Shown one piece after another: positions 1-8,443 of a DNA stretch of 64,000 nucleotides (position 1 is the first letter of the stretch; the number at the start of each line of letters is the position of its first letter). The notes beneath the pieces were generated by a model. That model ran no database searches and had not been told where the DNA came from. It was given only the letters and a program-made list of their open reading frames with translations. The translations under genes and the position numbers were made by a program. Source of the DNA: an uncultured bacterium (GTDB taxonomy: Bacteria; Verrucomicrobiota; Verrucomicrobiia; Limisphaerales; UBA8199); contig CAVVMW010000008.1 of assembly GCA_963749495.1 (NCBI GenBank), forward strand, positions 192,001 through 256,000, given 5' to 3'.

Positions 1-44
1 TCGGTTTTGCCAAAACTGGCTGGGGAAAAGCCCGGGAGAGAAGG

Positions 45-872
45 GTGCGGCTTGGCCAGCCACTTTGGGATCCCCTGAGAGGTTCAGATGCAGGCTTGCC
101 CTGCATTCCTTCCCTGTCGCTCATTCCAACGTCCAGCGTCGAGCGGTTGGCGATCGGCCGTCTATGCGCAGCGCATGGCACCGTACTACTCTATGGGAGC
201 TACGCTCGCGGTGACAACAAAGCAAATTCGGATATCGATCTGCTGGTCATCGAGCAAGTTCAGCGAGTTACGATCGAATTACCCCCTCGCCTTTCGGTCA
301 GCTTTTACACGCCAGAGCACTTTCGGGCGATGGCGCGACGGGGAAGCCTATTCGTCCTCCATCTCAGCGAGGAAGCTAGAATTCTCGTTGACCGACGGAC
401 GGTCATGCCCTCCCTTTTGCATGCATGGGTTCCCCCCGACTACAGTCGGCTCCGCGAGGGCATGGACGCTGCCGCGGCGGTTTTAGATCCAACTCGCGAA
501 TCCATAGCGCCGACACTCTTACGGCGTGTGGCGCTTTTCATTCTTCGTTCACTGCTCTATGCAGAGTGCGCCCAGCGCGGGAAACCTTCGTTCGCCATGT
601 CTGCCGTCGCTCATGTCCTCGGCGATTCGCGAATCTCTCTCCTTTTTGATGAAATCGGCGTGGCTCCCGACACGCATATTCTTGAGCGGTCCAGAGAACT
701 CATTGGGCATTACTTGGGAAAGGCGATCAAAAACCCCTTTGGTGGACTTGAAGCACTTGCCGTTGCCTGCTGCCGTCGTTACCCGATGGCATCGCATCTC
801 GCGGTGCAACTCCTGACTGGAGGACAGGGCATTGGCTATACCAGTGCGCCAGCCGATTGGACCTCGGCATGA
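45..872 (+). CDS. Pol-beta-superfamily nucleotidyltransferase with helical C-terminal domain (possibly Hailong HalB-like); true start uncertain
   Basis: LLYGSYARGD..SDIDLLV motif (GS plus DxD), downstream GSLFVLHL; the frame is open back to position 3; TGA overlaps next ATG (ATGA 869-872). Confidence 0.8.
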   Translation: MRLGQPLWDPLRGSDAGLPCIPSLSLIPTSSVERLAIGRLCAAHGTVLLYGSYARGDNKANSDIDLLVIEQVQRVTIELPPRLSVSFYTPEHFRAMARRGSLFVLHLSEEARILVDRRTVMPSLLHAWVPPDYSRLREGMDAAAAVLDPTRESIAPTLLRRVALFILRSLLYAECAQRGKPSFAMSAVAHVLGDSRISLLFDEIGVAPDTHILERSRELIGHYLGKAIKNPFGGLEALAVACCRRYPMASHLAVQLLTGGQGIGYTSAPADWTSA

Positions 873-1549
873 AGCCCGTCGCCATTGTTGGGGACGTCCA
901 CGGTGACTTCAATGCCCTCAGACGTATGCTGGCGCGACTCGAACGTGCGGATCGTCCTGTCATCTTTGTGGGTGACTACGTGAACGGGGGAGCAGCTTCC
1001 GCGGCAGTTCTTGAGGAGTTGTCGAAAAGAAAACTCTCACAACCGGACCGCTGGCGATTCCTGGCGGGAAATCACGATCTCGCTTTACTCGATTACCTCC
1101 ACGGCCGAATCAGCTTTTCAATTCTCGCAGCAATGGGAGGCGTTTCTACCTTGGCCTCCTACCTACCGGACGTACGCGGTGACGTACGCAGAGCATTCGC
1201 TGCTGTATTTCCTGCGCACCATTGTTGGTTCTTGGAAACACTTTCTCCATGCTTTGAAGAGGAAGACCTGCTTGTCTCCCACGTTGGTTTCTGCCCTGAC
1301 CAACCCGAAGCACGAAGTCTTGAGGCGCTTGCGAGAACGGGGAACCGGGGCGTGTTCTCGTCCTCTGGCCCCCGGAACCTCGTCGTATGCGGACATTTCT
1401 TGCAGACAAGCCGAATGCCGTTCCATAACGAACATCTCATCTGTCTCGATACTGGATGTGGTATTGCTGACGGTCCGTTGACTGCTGTGCTGCTTCCAGA
1501 AAAGGAGTTTCTGACCGTCATGCCCGGTCAATCACCGGAGGAACCATGA
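869..1549 (+). CDS. Calcineurin-like metallophosphoesterase (PrpA/ApaH-like)
   Basis: Motifs GDVHG, GDYVNGG, GNHD, SHVG, CGH, DTG. Confidence 0.9.
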   Translation: MKPVAIVGDVHGDFNALRRMLARLERADRPVIFVGDYVNGGAASAAVLEELSKRKLSQPDRWRFLAGNHDLALLDYLHGRISFSILAAMGGVSTLASYLPDVRGDVRRAFAAVFPAHHCWFLETLSPCFEEEDLLVSHVGFCPDQPEARSLEALARTGNRGVFSSSGPRNLVVCGHFLQTSRMPFHNEHLICLDTGCGIADGPLTAVLLPEKEFLTVMPGQSPEEP

Positions 1550-2650
1550 GCCAATTGTCGTTTTCCACAATGATCCGAGAGTCTGCGATCGCTACGCGAC
1601 GGTGGATCGGCCGTTTATGCGACGCATTATGCATGTCAAAGCTTCTATAAGCTCCCGAGCGAACCACCCGCCATTTCGGCGATTTCCTTTGCCGGAGTCT
1701 TCTCCTCGACGACGAAAATCTATTCGATGATGGACCGGCAGGAGGAGGGAGAACGGTACGTTCTTGAATCCTTCTATGCGTTCTTGAGAGAGCACGAGGA
1801 TTCAAGGCTCATGCATTGGAACATGAACTCTGCTGATTTTGGTTTCCAGGCTCTGGCCAATCGCTACGTTCGCGTTATCGGCAAGGAACCCCCATGCACT
1901 CATCCCGAGGGACGGCTTATTGATCTCGACGAACTCATTGGCCTTGGGTATGGACGGGACTTCGCCGAGCATCCAAGACTCATCAACCTCGCTCGGCTAA
2001 ACGACTTCAAGACTCAGTTCTTTCTGAGCGGAAAAGATGAGGCAGATCTTTTTGAAAGAAATGAGCATGCGAAAATCAGACGTTCGGTCAGTGAAAAAGC
2101 TGCAATATTAGTATTCCTGACAAAGAAGCTGGTTGACGGGACACTGGAAACTCGACACGGTGGCCAACGGCTCGATTTCGCCGGAAACTCATTCGATTCA
2201 GTCGCGGTGGTCGTGGCAGTGGGAGCTCGGATGCTCAATGTTCAGCGCCAGTTGAGGAATCGCCACGGTTCTCGGCCGACGATTACGGTGAGCGACGAAT
2301 ACGATGCGCAAGACTTATTCAACGCTCTCCTCCGCGTGTTTTTTGACGACATCCGTCGGGAGGAATGGTCGCCGAGTTATGCTGGCGGGGCGTCACGTAT
2401 CGATTTTGTTTTGCCCCGGTACAGGCTCGGAATTGAGTTCAAGTATGCCCGGGAATCGATGACGTCGCAAGACCTTGGTGAACAATTGATCATTGACATA
2501 GACAAATACAAAACGCATCCGTCTGTGCGTCACCTCGTGTGTTTGGTTTTTGATCCGCATGGCTATTTGAATAACCCACGTGGAATCGAGGATGATTTAA
2601 GCCGTCCTCGTGAAGGGTTGGCTGTGACAGCACGCATTTTCGATCGATGA
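1546..2650 (+). CDS. Fusion of N-terminal 3'-5' exonuclease-like domain and C-terminal DpnII/MboI-type PD-(D/E)xK nuclease; apparent frameshift near 1574
   Basis: ATG at 1546 overlaps the previous stop; the frame of ORF 1727 is open from 1574 (..ATHYACQSFY..PAISAIS..LMHWNM..FGFQAL); C-terminus has EYDAQD..RIDFVL..GIEFK. Confidence 0.75.
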
Positions 2651-2766
2651 CCATCGCTTCCATGCCGGCGATTGCGGTCGGCGGTGAGCAGTGCCTGGTG
2701 CTCCGGGCTGACGGCACGGTGGCCGCGTGGGGCTGTAATGAAGCCGGACTATGGTTTGCGCTCTAG
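2647..2766 (+). pseudogene. Single RCC1-like repeat fragment (39 aa)
   Basis: Manual translation MTIASMPAIAVGGEQCLVLRADGTVAAWGCNEAGLWFAL* resembles an RCC1 repeat. Confidence 0.55.
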
Positions 2767-3705
2767 CCTCGCCGGGCCCCGCTCGATGTAATCCGCCCAA
2801 GCACCGGAGATTTCGGCTTGGGTTAATTTCGGCGCGATGAGCAGGCGGGCGCGGGCGCGGGCGGTTTGGCCCGGCTTCAGGTCCAGGCCGAACAAGGACA
2901 GGTAGAGCGAGTTGTGCGGGTCGCTCTGCTGCGGGGTGGAGATGGCGAAGCAATCACCCGGACGCGCCATCAGGACCGCCGTCAGGCCCGTGACGGGGGC
3001 GCGGCGGACCGCCAGCAGCCGGACTAACCGGGGCATCACCACCCAATCCACCGGGTTGGGCTGGAACTTCCATCGCCCGTCGCCGATGATTGCCGCCGCG
3101 GCGTCATCGCGCGGAAAGGCCAGCCACGCGCCGTAACTCTTGTCCGCCGCCACGAGCGGTTCCGATTTGTCCGGACCGCCGGCCCAGACCAGCGCGTTGG
3201 TGAAGTCCATCGTGAAGTATGAAGCGAGGAAGGACTCGAACCTGAGCAGGTTGGTTTGTGCCACGACCGTGGTTTCCAGGTCCAGGACGTTTGGGGCGGC
3301 CCAGCGGTAGAGGGCGCGCAGCTCGAATGGGCGGTCCGGGGCGGACGGCCAGCGCACCTCGACGCCGCCGTTCCGGCCTGGCCTGGCCTCGCTGGGCCAC
3401 TCCCAGGCGGCGGTGCCATAGCGTTTGCCCGCGCTGAAGACCCGGTAATGGCTGAACAAGCCCATGCTGCTGTCGAGCCGCATTCCCGAAGGCAGGTACA
3501 CAACCGAGGAAAGGCCCATCGAGCGGCCCTGGGCGCGCAACTTGCCCCGCAGCACGCCGGTGTCAAACGTGAACTCGTTCCCGCCGGCGGGTGAAAACGA
3601 AAGCGCGGGCGCAGGCTGGCTGTTGGTGTTCATTTGGGCTTGGGCCAGGCAGCGACCCGAGAGGGCGCAGCACAGGACAGCGGAGATCGCAAAGGGTGTT
3701 TTCAC
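2749..3705 (-). CDS. Secreted hypothetical protein
   Basis: Long ORF; GTG start at 3705 gives a signal-peptide-like N-terminus; the upstream extension is translated REP sequence. Confidence 0.7.
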   Translation of the reverse strand: MKTPFAISAVLCCALSGRCLAQAQMNTNSQPAPALSFSPAGGNEFTFDTGVLRGKLRAQGRSMGLSSVVYLPSGMRLDSSMGLFSHYRVFSAGKRYGTAAWEWPSEARPGRNGGVEVRWPSAPDRPFELRALYRWAAPNVLDLETTVVAQTNLLRFESFLASYFTMDFTNALVWAGGPDKSEPLVAADKSYGAWLAFPRDDAAAAIIGDGRWKFQPNPVDWVVMPRLVRLLAVRRAPVTGLTAVLMARPGDCFAISTPQQSDPHNSLYLSLFGLDLKPGQTARARARLLIAPKLTQAEISGAWADYIERGPARLERKP

Positions 3706-3757
3706 GTGCCGGGACAGGAAATTGAAAATTTGAAATTGGCACCGCACGGCCGAGGTC

Positions 3758-3859
3758 GCGAAGCGTTTTGGACTGCGCCAGTCCTCTGGCGCTTTTGGGA
3801 CCCGTGGGAACACGAAAGCGGTCCCGATGGATCGGGACCGCAGTCCAAAACCTGGCGGA
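3758..3859. repeat. REP-like palindrome, family R (copy 1)
   Basis: GCGAAGCGTTTTGGACTGCG..GCTTT / AAAGCG..CGCAGTCCAAAAC arms; near-identical copies at 11557, 39967 and 62157. Confidence 0.9.
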
Positions 3860-3870
3860 CTTTTCATCGT

Positions 3871-5199
3871 TCATCCTCCGAGCGACGCGGGGTCGCTCAC
3901 ATCGCCCTTGTTAAACGCCACATAGGCCTCGGTCAAATCGGCGGCATAGATGAGCGCAGCGGCGCGGCCGAGGTTCAGGCGGATGTGCAGATCGAATTCG
4001 GTGGCGGCGACGGCTCCGCAAAGCTCCTGGAAGGTGGCCGCAGTCGGCTGGCCGCGCCTGAGGCTCCACAGGATTTTCCCGCTCCCTGGCGCGCTGTAGC
4101 CAATGTCCACTTTCTCCTCGGCTATTTTGGCGGGGCTGTAGCCCAGGGCGGCTATGATGCGGCCCCAGTTGGGGTCGCCCCCGTGCCAACTGGTCTTGAC
4201 CAGCGCGCTGTTGGCCACCGCGCGCGCCGCCGCGTCCGCTTCGCCAAACGACCTGGCCCCCGTCACACGCACCGTGACGAACCGCGAGACCCCCTCGCCG
4301 TCGCGCACAATCATCTTGGCCAACTCCAGGCAGACATGGCTCAACGCCGCCCGGAACGTCGCGAACTTCCGTGACCCGGTGTTTCGGACTGCGGGCTTGG
4401 GGCCCGCAAGCCCGTTCGCCAGGACCAGGACCGTGTCGTTGGTGCTCATATCGCCGTCAACGGTGATGCGATTGAAGCTGTTGGCAACGGCTTGATCCAA
4501 GGCGGCCTGGAGCGGTTTGGCCTCGATGGCCGCGTCCGTGGTGATGAAGCAGAGCATCGTGGCGTGAAGCGGCATGGCCGCGGGCCGGTGCCCGGTCACG
4601 CTCATGCCCGGCTGGATCATGCCCGCCCCTTTGCAGATGCCTCCCAACCGGACCGGTTGGCCGCCCAGCTTGAACTCGACCGCCACCTGTTTGGGGCGCG
4701 TGTCACTGGTCATGATGGCCTCCATGGCCTGGCCCGCGTGCGCCGGCGTGGAGCCCAACCCGGCCGCCGCCTCGATGATCCCGGCGCGGACGTTTTCCAT
4801 CGGCAATGTCAGGCCGATGCGGCCCGTCGAGCCGGCCAGCGCCAGGCCCGCCGGCAGGGCCAGCGCCTGCTCCGCAAAGCGGACCATCGCCCGCGCGTCC
4901 TTGAGCCCCTGCTTGCCCGTGCAGGCATTGGCATTGCCGGAGTTGACCACGATCGCCTGGGCACGGCCGCGCTTCACGCGCTCGATACAAACCCTGACCG
5001 GCGCGGCGCAGGCCTGGTTGGTCGTGAACGTGCCGGCCACTGTCGCCGGCCCCTCCGAGACGATCAGCGCCAAGTCCCGTTTCCGGCCCTTCTCCGAGCC
5101 CGCCCCCGTGCCAAGCCGCTTGATGTCGCAAAAGACCCCCGAAGCGCGAAAGCCGCGCGCGGCAAGGATAGAACCCGGTATCTCAGTCAGCTTAATCAT
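3871..5199 (-). CDS. argJ: Glutamate N-acetyltransferase / ornithine acetyltransferase
   Basis: NSGNANACTG, IMTSDT, KGAGMI, HATML, DGDMSTND, DPNWGRI. Confidence 0.97.
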   Translation of the reverse strand: MIKLTEIPGSILAARGFRASGVFCDIKRLGTGAGSEKGRKRDLALIVSEGPATVAGTFTTNQACAAPVRVCIERVKRGRAQAIVVNSGNANACTGKQGLKDARAMVRFAEQALALPAGLALAGSTGRIGLTLPMENVRAGIIEAAAGLGSTPAHAGQAMEAIMTSDTRPKQVAVEFKLGGQPVRLGGICKGAGMIQPGMSVTGHRPAAMPLHATMLCFITTDAAIEAKPLQAALDQAVANSFNRITVDGDMSTNDTVLVLANGLAGPKPAVRNTGSRKFATFRAALSHVCLELAKMIVRDGEGVSRFVTVRVTGARSFGEADAAARAVANSALVKTSWHGGDPNWGRIIAALGYSPAKIAEEKVDIGYSAPGSGKILWSLRRGQPTAATFQELCGAVAATEFDLHIRLNLGRAAALIYAADLTEAYVAFNKGDVSDPASLGG

Positions 5200-5205
5200 C
5201 TCGAG

Positions 5206-6510
5206 CTACTCACTCCGGCGCCAGTGCCGGTCCGCGAAATCCATAAACACACCCCAGTCGGCGGCAGTCATCGAGTGTTTTCCGGAACGGATGTAGTAAC
5301 CCAGAGCGCTGCTGACCAGTTGGCCCTGGGGGGGCATCTGGGTGGCAACCAGGCCCGGCACGCCCAGGAAACGATAGACCGGGTCGGCGGCGAGAAGGGC
5401 CTCGAACTGGCCGGGTGGGTTGGCCCATTGGTCCTCCTGGGCAGCCGAGAACAAGACCGGCCTGGGGGCGCAGAGGGCCACCAGGCAATTCTGGTCGAAG
5501 GGCAGCCGTTCCGGCGCCGGGTTAAACTCCTTGAAACGGGCGTTGAACCAATGGGCAAAATGGTCGTTGATGGCCTTGACCGATTCGCCGAGCTTGCCGC
5601 GGCTGGGGGCGGAGCCGCCGCAGCCGGCCTGGTGGGGAAAGGCGATGGCGATGCGCTCGTCATAGGCTGCCGCCAGCAGGGCGGTCTTGCCGTTGCGCGA
5701 ATGGCCCAGGGCAGCTATCCGGTGGGGGTCGATGTCGGGGTCTGTGACCAGGTAATCCACGCAGCGTTGGAAGCCCCAGGCCCAGGCGGCCAGCGTGCCC
5801 CGGTCGGCGGGTTTGTTCCGGGCGGGATCGCCTCCGGCCAGCCAGGCATAGATCCCGCTGCTCACGTCGGCGCGGTCCGAATCAACGTCCCCGCTGTAAA
5901 ACGCGGCCAGGGCGTAGCCGCGGCGGACGATCTCGGCCAGGGGCCAGTCGGCCGCCTGGGCACCGCGCCCCGCCTCGGTGGCGGCATGGTTGGCGCAGCC
6001 CGCGCACGAGTCGGCCATCCAGGTCCGCGGCAAGGGCACCCGCGAGTCGGACGTCAGGGCGTGATTGCCGCAAAAGTTCATCGCCAGGAACACCGGCGCC
6101 GGGCCGGGCCGCTCCTTGGGCGCCACGACTATCAGGCCGATGCGTGGCGCGTCGGCGGCCGGGTCCGTCACCAGCGTCACCACCTTGAGCGTCGCCTTGC
6201 CCTCGAGGAAATCCGCGTACTGGCCCTCGACCTGGACCCGCATGTGGGCCGGTTTGGGCGGGATCGGCCCATACATGTAATGGGCAAATAGCGCCTTGAG
6301 TTCCGGGCGGCGCTCGAGGAACCACTGCGTCGGGCTGGAAATCCGCCGCCCGTCCAGCATCACCAGCGGGTCGGGCATCCCCGCCTGCGGCGGCAACGAC
6401 GCGAACTCCGGAAACGAGCCGGGCGCGGGCGCCCCCGCGCCGACGGCCGGGAGCAGCGCGCCAGCGGCCATGGCGCAGCACAAGAGGATGGACCCTGGAT
6501 TTCGGTTCAT
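5206..6510 (-). CDS. Secreted CE15-like (glucuronoyl/acetylxylan) esterase
   Basis: Signal peptide from MNRNPG; LAAWAWG, GHSRNGK nucleophile motif, DQWANP. Confidence 0.85.
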   Translation of the reverse strand: MNRNPGSILLCCAMAAGALLPAVGAGAPAPGSFPEFASLPPQAGMPDPLVMLDGRRISSPTQWFLERRPELKALFAHYMYGPIPPKPAHMRVQVEGQYADFLEGKATLKVVTLVTDPAADAPRIGLIVVAPKERPGPAPVFLAMNFCGNHALTSDSRVPLPRTWMADSCAGCANHAATEAGRGAQAADWPLAEIVRRGYALAAFYSGDVDSDRADVSSGIYAWLAGGDPARNKPADRGTLAAWAWGFQRCVDYLVTDPDIDPHRIAALGHSRNGKTALLAAAYDERIAIAFPHQAGCGGSAPSRGKLGESVKAINDHFAHWFNARFKEFNPAPERLPFDQNCLVALCAPRPVLFSAAQEDQWANPPGQFEALLAADPVYRFLGVPGLVATQMPPQGQLVSSALGYYIRSGKHSMTAADWGVFMDFADRHWRRSE

Positions 6511-6699
6511 AGTTCGTATTTCGATTGCCGGCACTGTTCGGCTGCAACCGAGTGGGACCGGAATAACGCAATCCGGCAGCGGATACAAATAGAATCCACT
6601 TGAATTTGGCGGCTCAGAATCTATGCTGGAGCGACAATGAGGCCCGCGGACAGCTTGCCGCCACCGCGCGTGAGCCGATGAGGCCCAGGAAGAGTTGCT

Positions 6700-7428
6700 A
6701 TGATAGGACGGAAGCATCACCGGACGTGGCAGACCTTTGACGAGATGCGCAAGGCCGCCGAAGAGGGCGACCCGCTCGCAGAATGTTACGTGGGTATCTG
6801 CTACCAGAACGCCAAAGGTGTCGAGCAGGACTACAAGGAGGCGGTGAAGTGGTTTCGCCGCGCGGCCGACAAGAACGATGCGAAGGCGCAATGCTACCTG
6901 GGCTATTGCTACCAAAACGGGCTGGGCGTGCCCCAGGAGTTGGACCAGGCGCTCAAATGGTTCCGGGAGGCGGCAGGGCACGGCGACCCGGCCGCCCAGT
7001 TCAATCTGGGCGTGCTCTACGAGACCGGCCAGGGTATCGCCCAGAACTACGCCGAGGCGGTACGGTGGTATCACGCCGCGGCGGACCAGGGCGAGCCCCA
7101 GGCCCAGTTCAACCTGGGCGTCTTCTATGAGACGGGCCAGGTCGTGCCCCAGAGTTTCGAGGAGGCGGTCAGGTGGTACCGCCGCGCGGCCGAGCAGGAA
7201 TGCGCCCCCGCCCAGTGCAATCTGGGCCTTTGCTACGAAACCGGCCGGGGCGTGCCCCGGAACATCCAGGAGGCGGTCAAGTGGTTTGCCCGCGCCGCCC
7301 GCCAGGGCGACAAGACCGCCCAGCACAATCTGGGCCTCTATTACGCCAGCCTCGAGGCCGCCGAAGAAGCGACCCAGCAGATGCCAGCCGCGCCTGACAC
7401 CGAAGCCTCTGGAGAGGACCACGCATGA
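6700..7428 (+). CDS. Sel1-repeat protein
   Basis: Repeated AQFNLG.YE.G.GV.QN..EAV.W...AA units. Confidence 0.95.
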   Translation: MIGRKHHRTWQTFDEMRKAAEEGDPLAECYVGICYQNAKGVEQDYKEAVKWFRRAADKNDAKAQCYLGYCYQNGLGVPQELDQALKWFREAAGHGDPAAQFNLGVLYETGQGIAQNYAEAVRWYHAAADQGEPQAQFNLGVFYETGQVVPQSFEEAVRWYRRAAEQECAPAQCNLGLCYETGRGVPRNIQEAVKWFARAARQGDKTAQHNLGLYYASLEAAEEATQQMPAAPDTEASGEDHA

Positions 7429-7574
7429 CCCTCGTCAACGTGAACATTCTCCTTTACGTTTCCGATGCTCACCTGGCAGCGCTCGCCGTCGAACACAACT
7501 GCACCCTCCAGTTGACGGACACTGACTTCGCCCGCTTCCGGGGCCTGAAATGGAGCAACCCGGTGAGAGAATGA
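7425..7574 (+). pseudogene. Internally deleted VapC/PIN toxin remnant (49 aa)
   Basis: Manual translation MTLVNVNILLYVSDAHLAALAVEHNCTLQLTDTDFARFRGLKWSNPVRE*: PIN N-terminus joined directly to PIN C-terminus. Confidence 0.75.
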
Positions 7575-7587
7575 TTGGCGCGATACG

Positions 7588-8007
7588 TCAACCGGGCGCC
7601 ACCAGGGGAATCACCTGCCGTTCGAACCGCCGGTAGATTTGGAAGTCCCGCTTGTCGAGGGTGAAGACGCGGGAATCGCGCTTCAGTTCGGACATGCGCA
7701 CCAGGCAGGCGTCTGCGAGCTGCATTCCCTGGTCGTGATATTTTTCCAGCAGGTGCGCTACCGGGCCGGCATGCGCCTCCAGGCGGAACGGGGCCGTGAT
7801 GATCCCACGCTCGAACAGCGCCAGGATCTTGGCGGTGGGCAGCCCGGCGTGCTCTCGCAGGAGGTAGCCCGCCTCCGCCAGGACCGCCTCGCACGTCAAC
7901 ATGGGAACCGGCGCCTTTGCCCATTGTTCCTTAACCCACGGGTGGTCGGCGTCGCTGCGGTCGAAGAACGCGACGAGCGGTCCGGTGTCCAGCAGCCAGG
8001 CGGTCAT
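7588..8007 (-). CDS. PIN-domain (VapC-like) toxin
   Basis: LLDTGPLVA, E(A)VLAE, LADACLV, FTLDKRDF. Confidence 0.92.
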   Translation of the reverse strand: MTAWLLDTGPLVAFFDRSDADHPWVKEQWAKAPVPMLTCEAVLAEAGYLLREHAGLPTAKILALFERGIITAPFRLEAHAGPVAHLLEKYHDQGMQLADACLVRMSELKRDSRVFTLDKRDFQIYRRFERQVIPLVAPG

Positions 8008-8234
8008 CGTCCGAACCCCTCGAGGCGCTTCTTGTTTCGGGCCAGATCGCGCAGGCCGCTCTGGACGCAACCGCACAGGTCCGCCGCCAGGTCGAGCGCC
8101 GTCTGGTGCTGCCGCCGCCGCCGCTGCTGGAGAATCTCCCGCACCAGGGCGGATTTGGGCCGCCCAGCCTGCCTGGCCTCATTCTCCAGCCAGCCTGACA
8201 GCTCGTCCGGCAACTTCATCGTCAAGGTCTTCAT
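8004..8234 (-). CDS. CopG/RHH antitoxin
   Basis: MKTLTMKLPDEL..KSALVREIL ribbon-helix-helix; overlaps the toxin start. Confidence 0.88.
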   Translation of the reverse strand: MKTLTMKLPDELSGWLENEARQAGRPKSALVREILQQRRRRQHQTALDLAADLCGCVQSGLRDLARNKKRLEGFGR

Positions 8235-8302
8235 GCCGCAATGGTAACACTGATATGACAGAATAACAATACGGCCTTTTTCCACGAGCGCCGCGAGTCC
8301 GT

Positions 8303-8372
8303 ACCTTTGTCGCAACCTTTGTCGGCTTGGCCATGCCTCGACAAAGGCGGCGACAAAGGTTGCGACAAAGGT
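8303..8372. repeat. Inverted 12-mer array element (CAACCTTTGTCG)n-core-(CGACAAAGGTTG)n, copy 1
   Basis: Directly visible; similar copies at 41287 and 43841. Confidence 0.9.
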
Positions 8373-8443
8373 TTGGGATCGGAGGTTCCAGGTTAAACTT
8401 GCCAGAGTTGCCTGGGGGAAGGGGTGGTAGTACGTTGGCCGCG

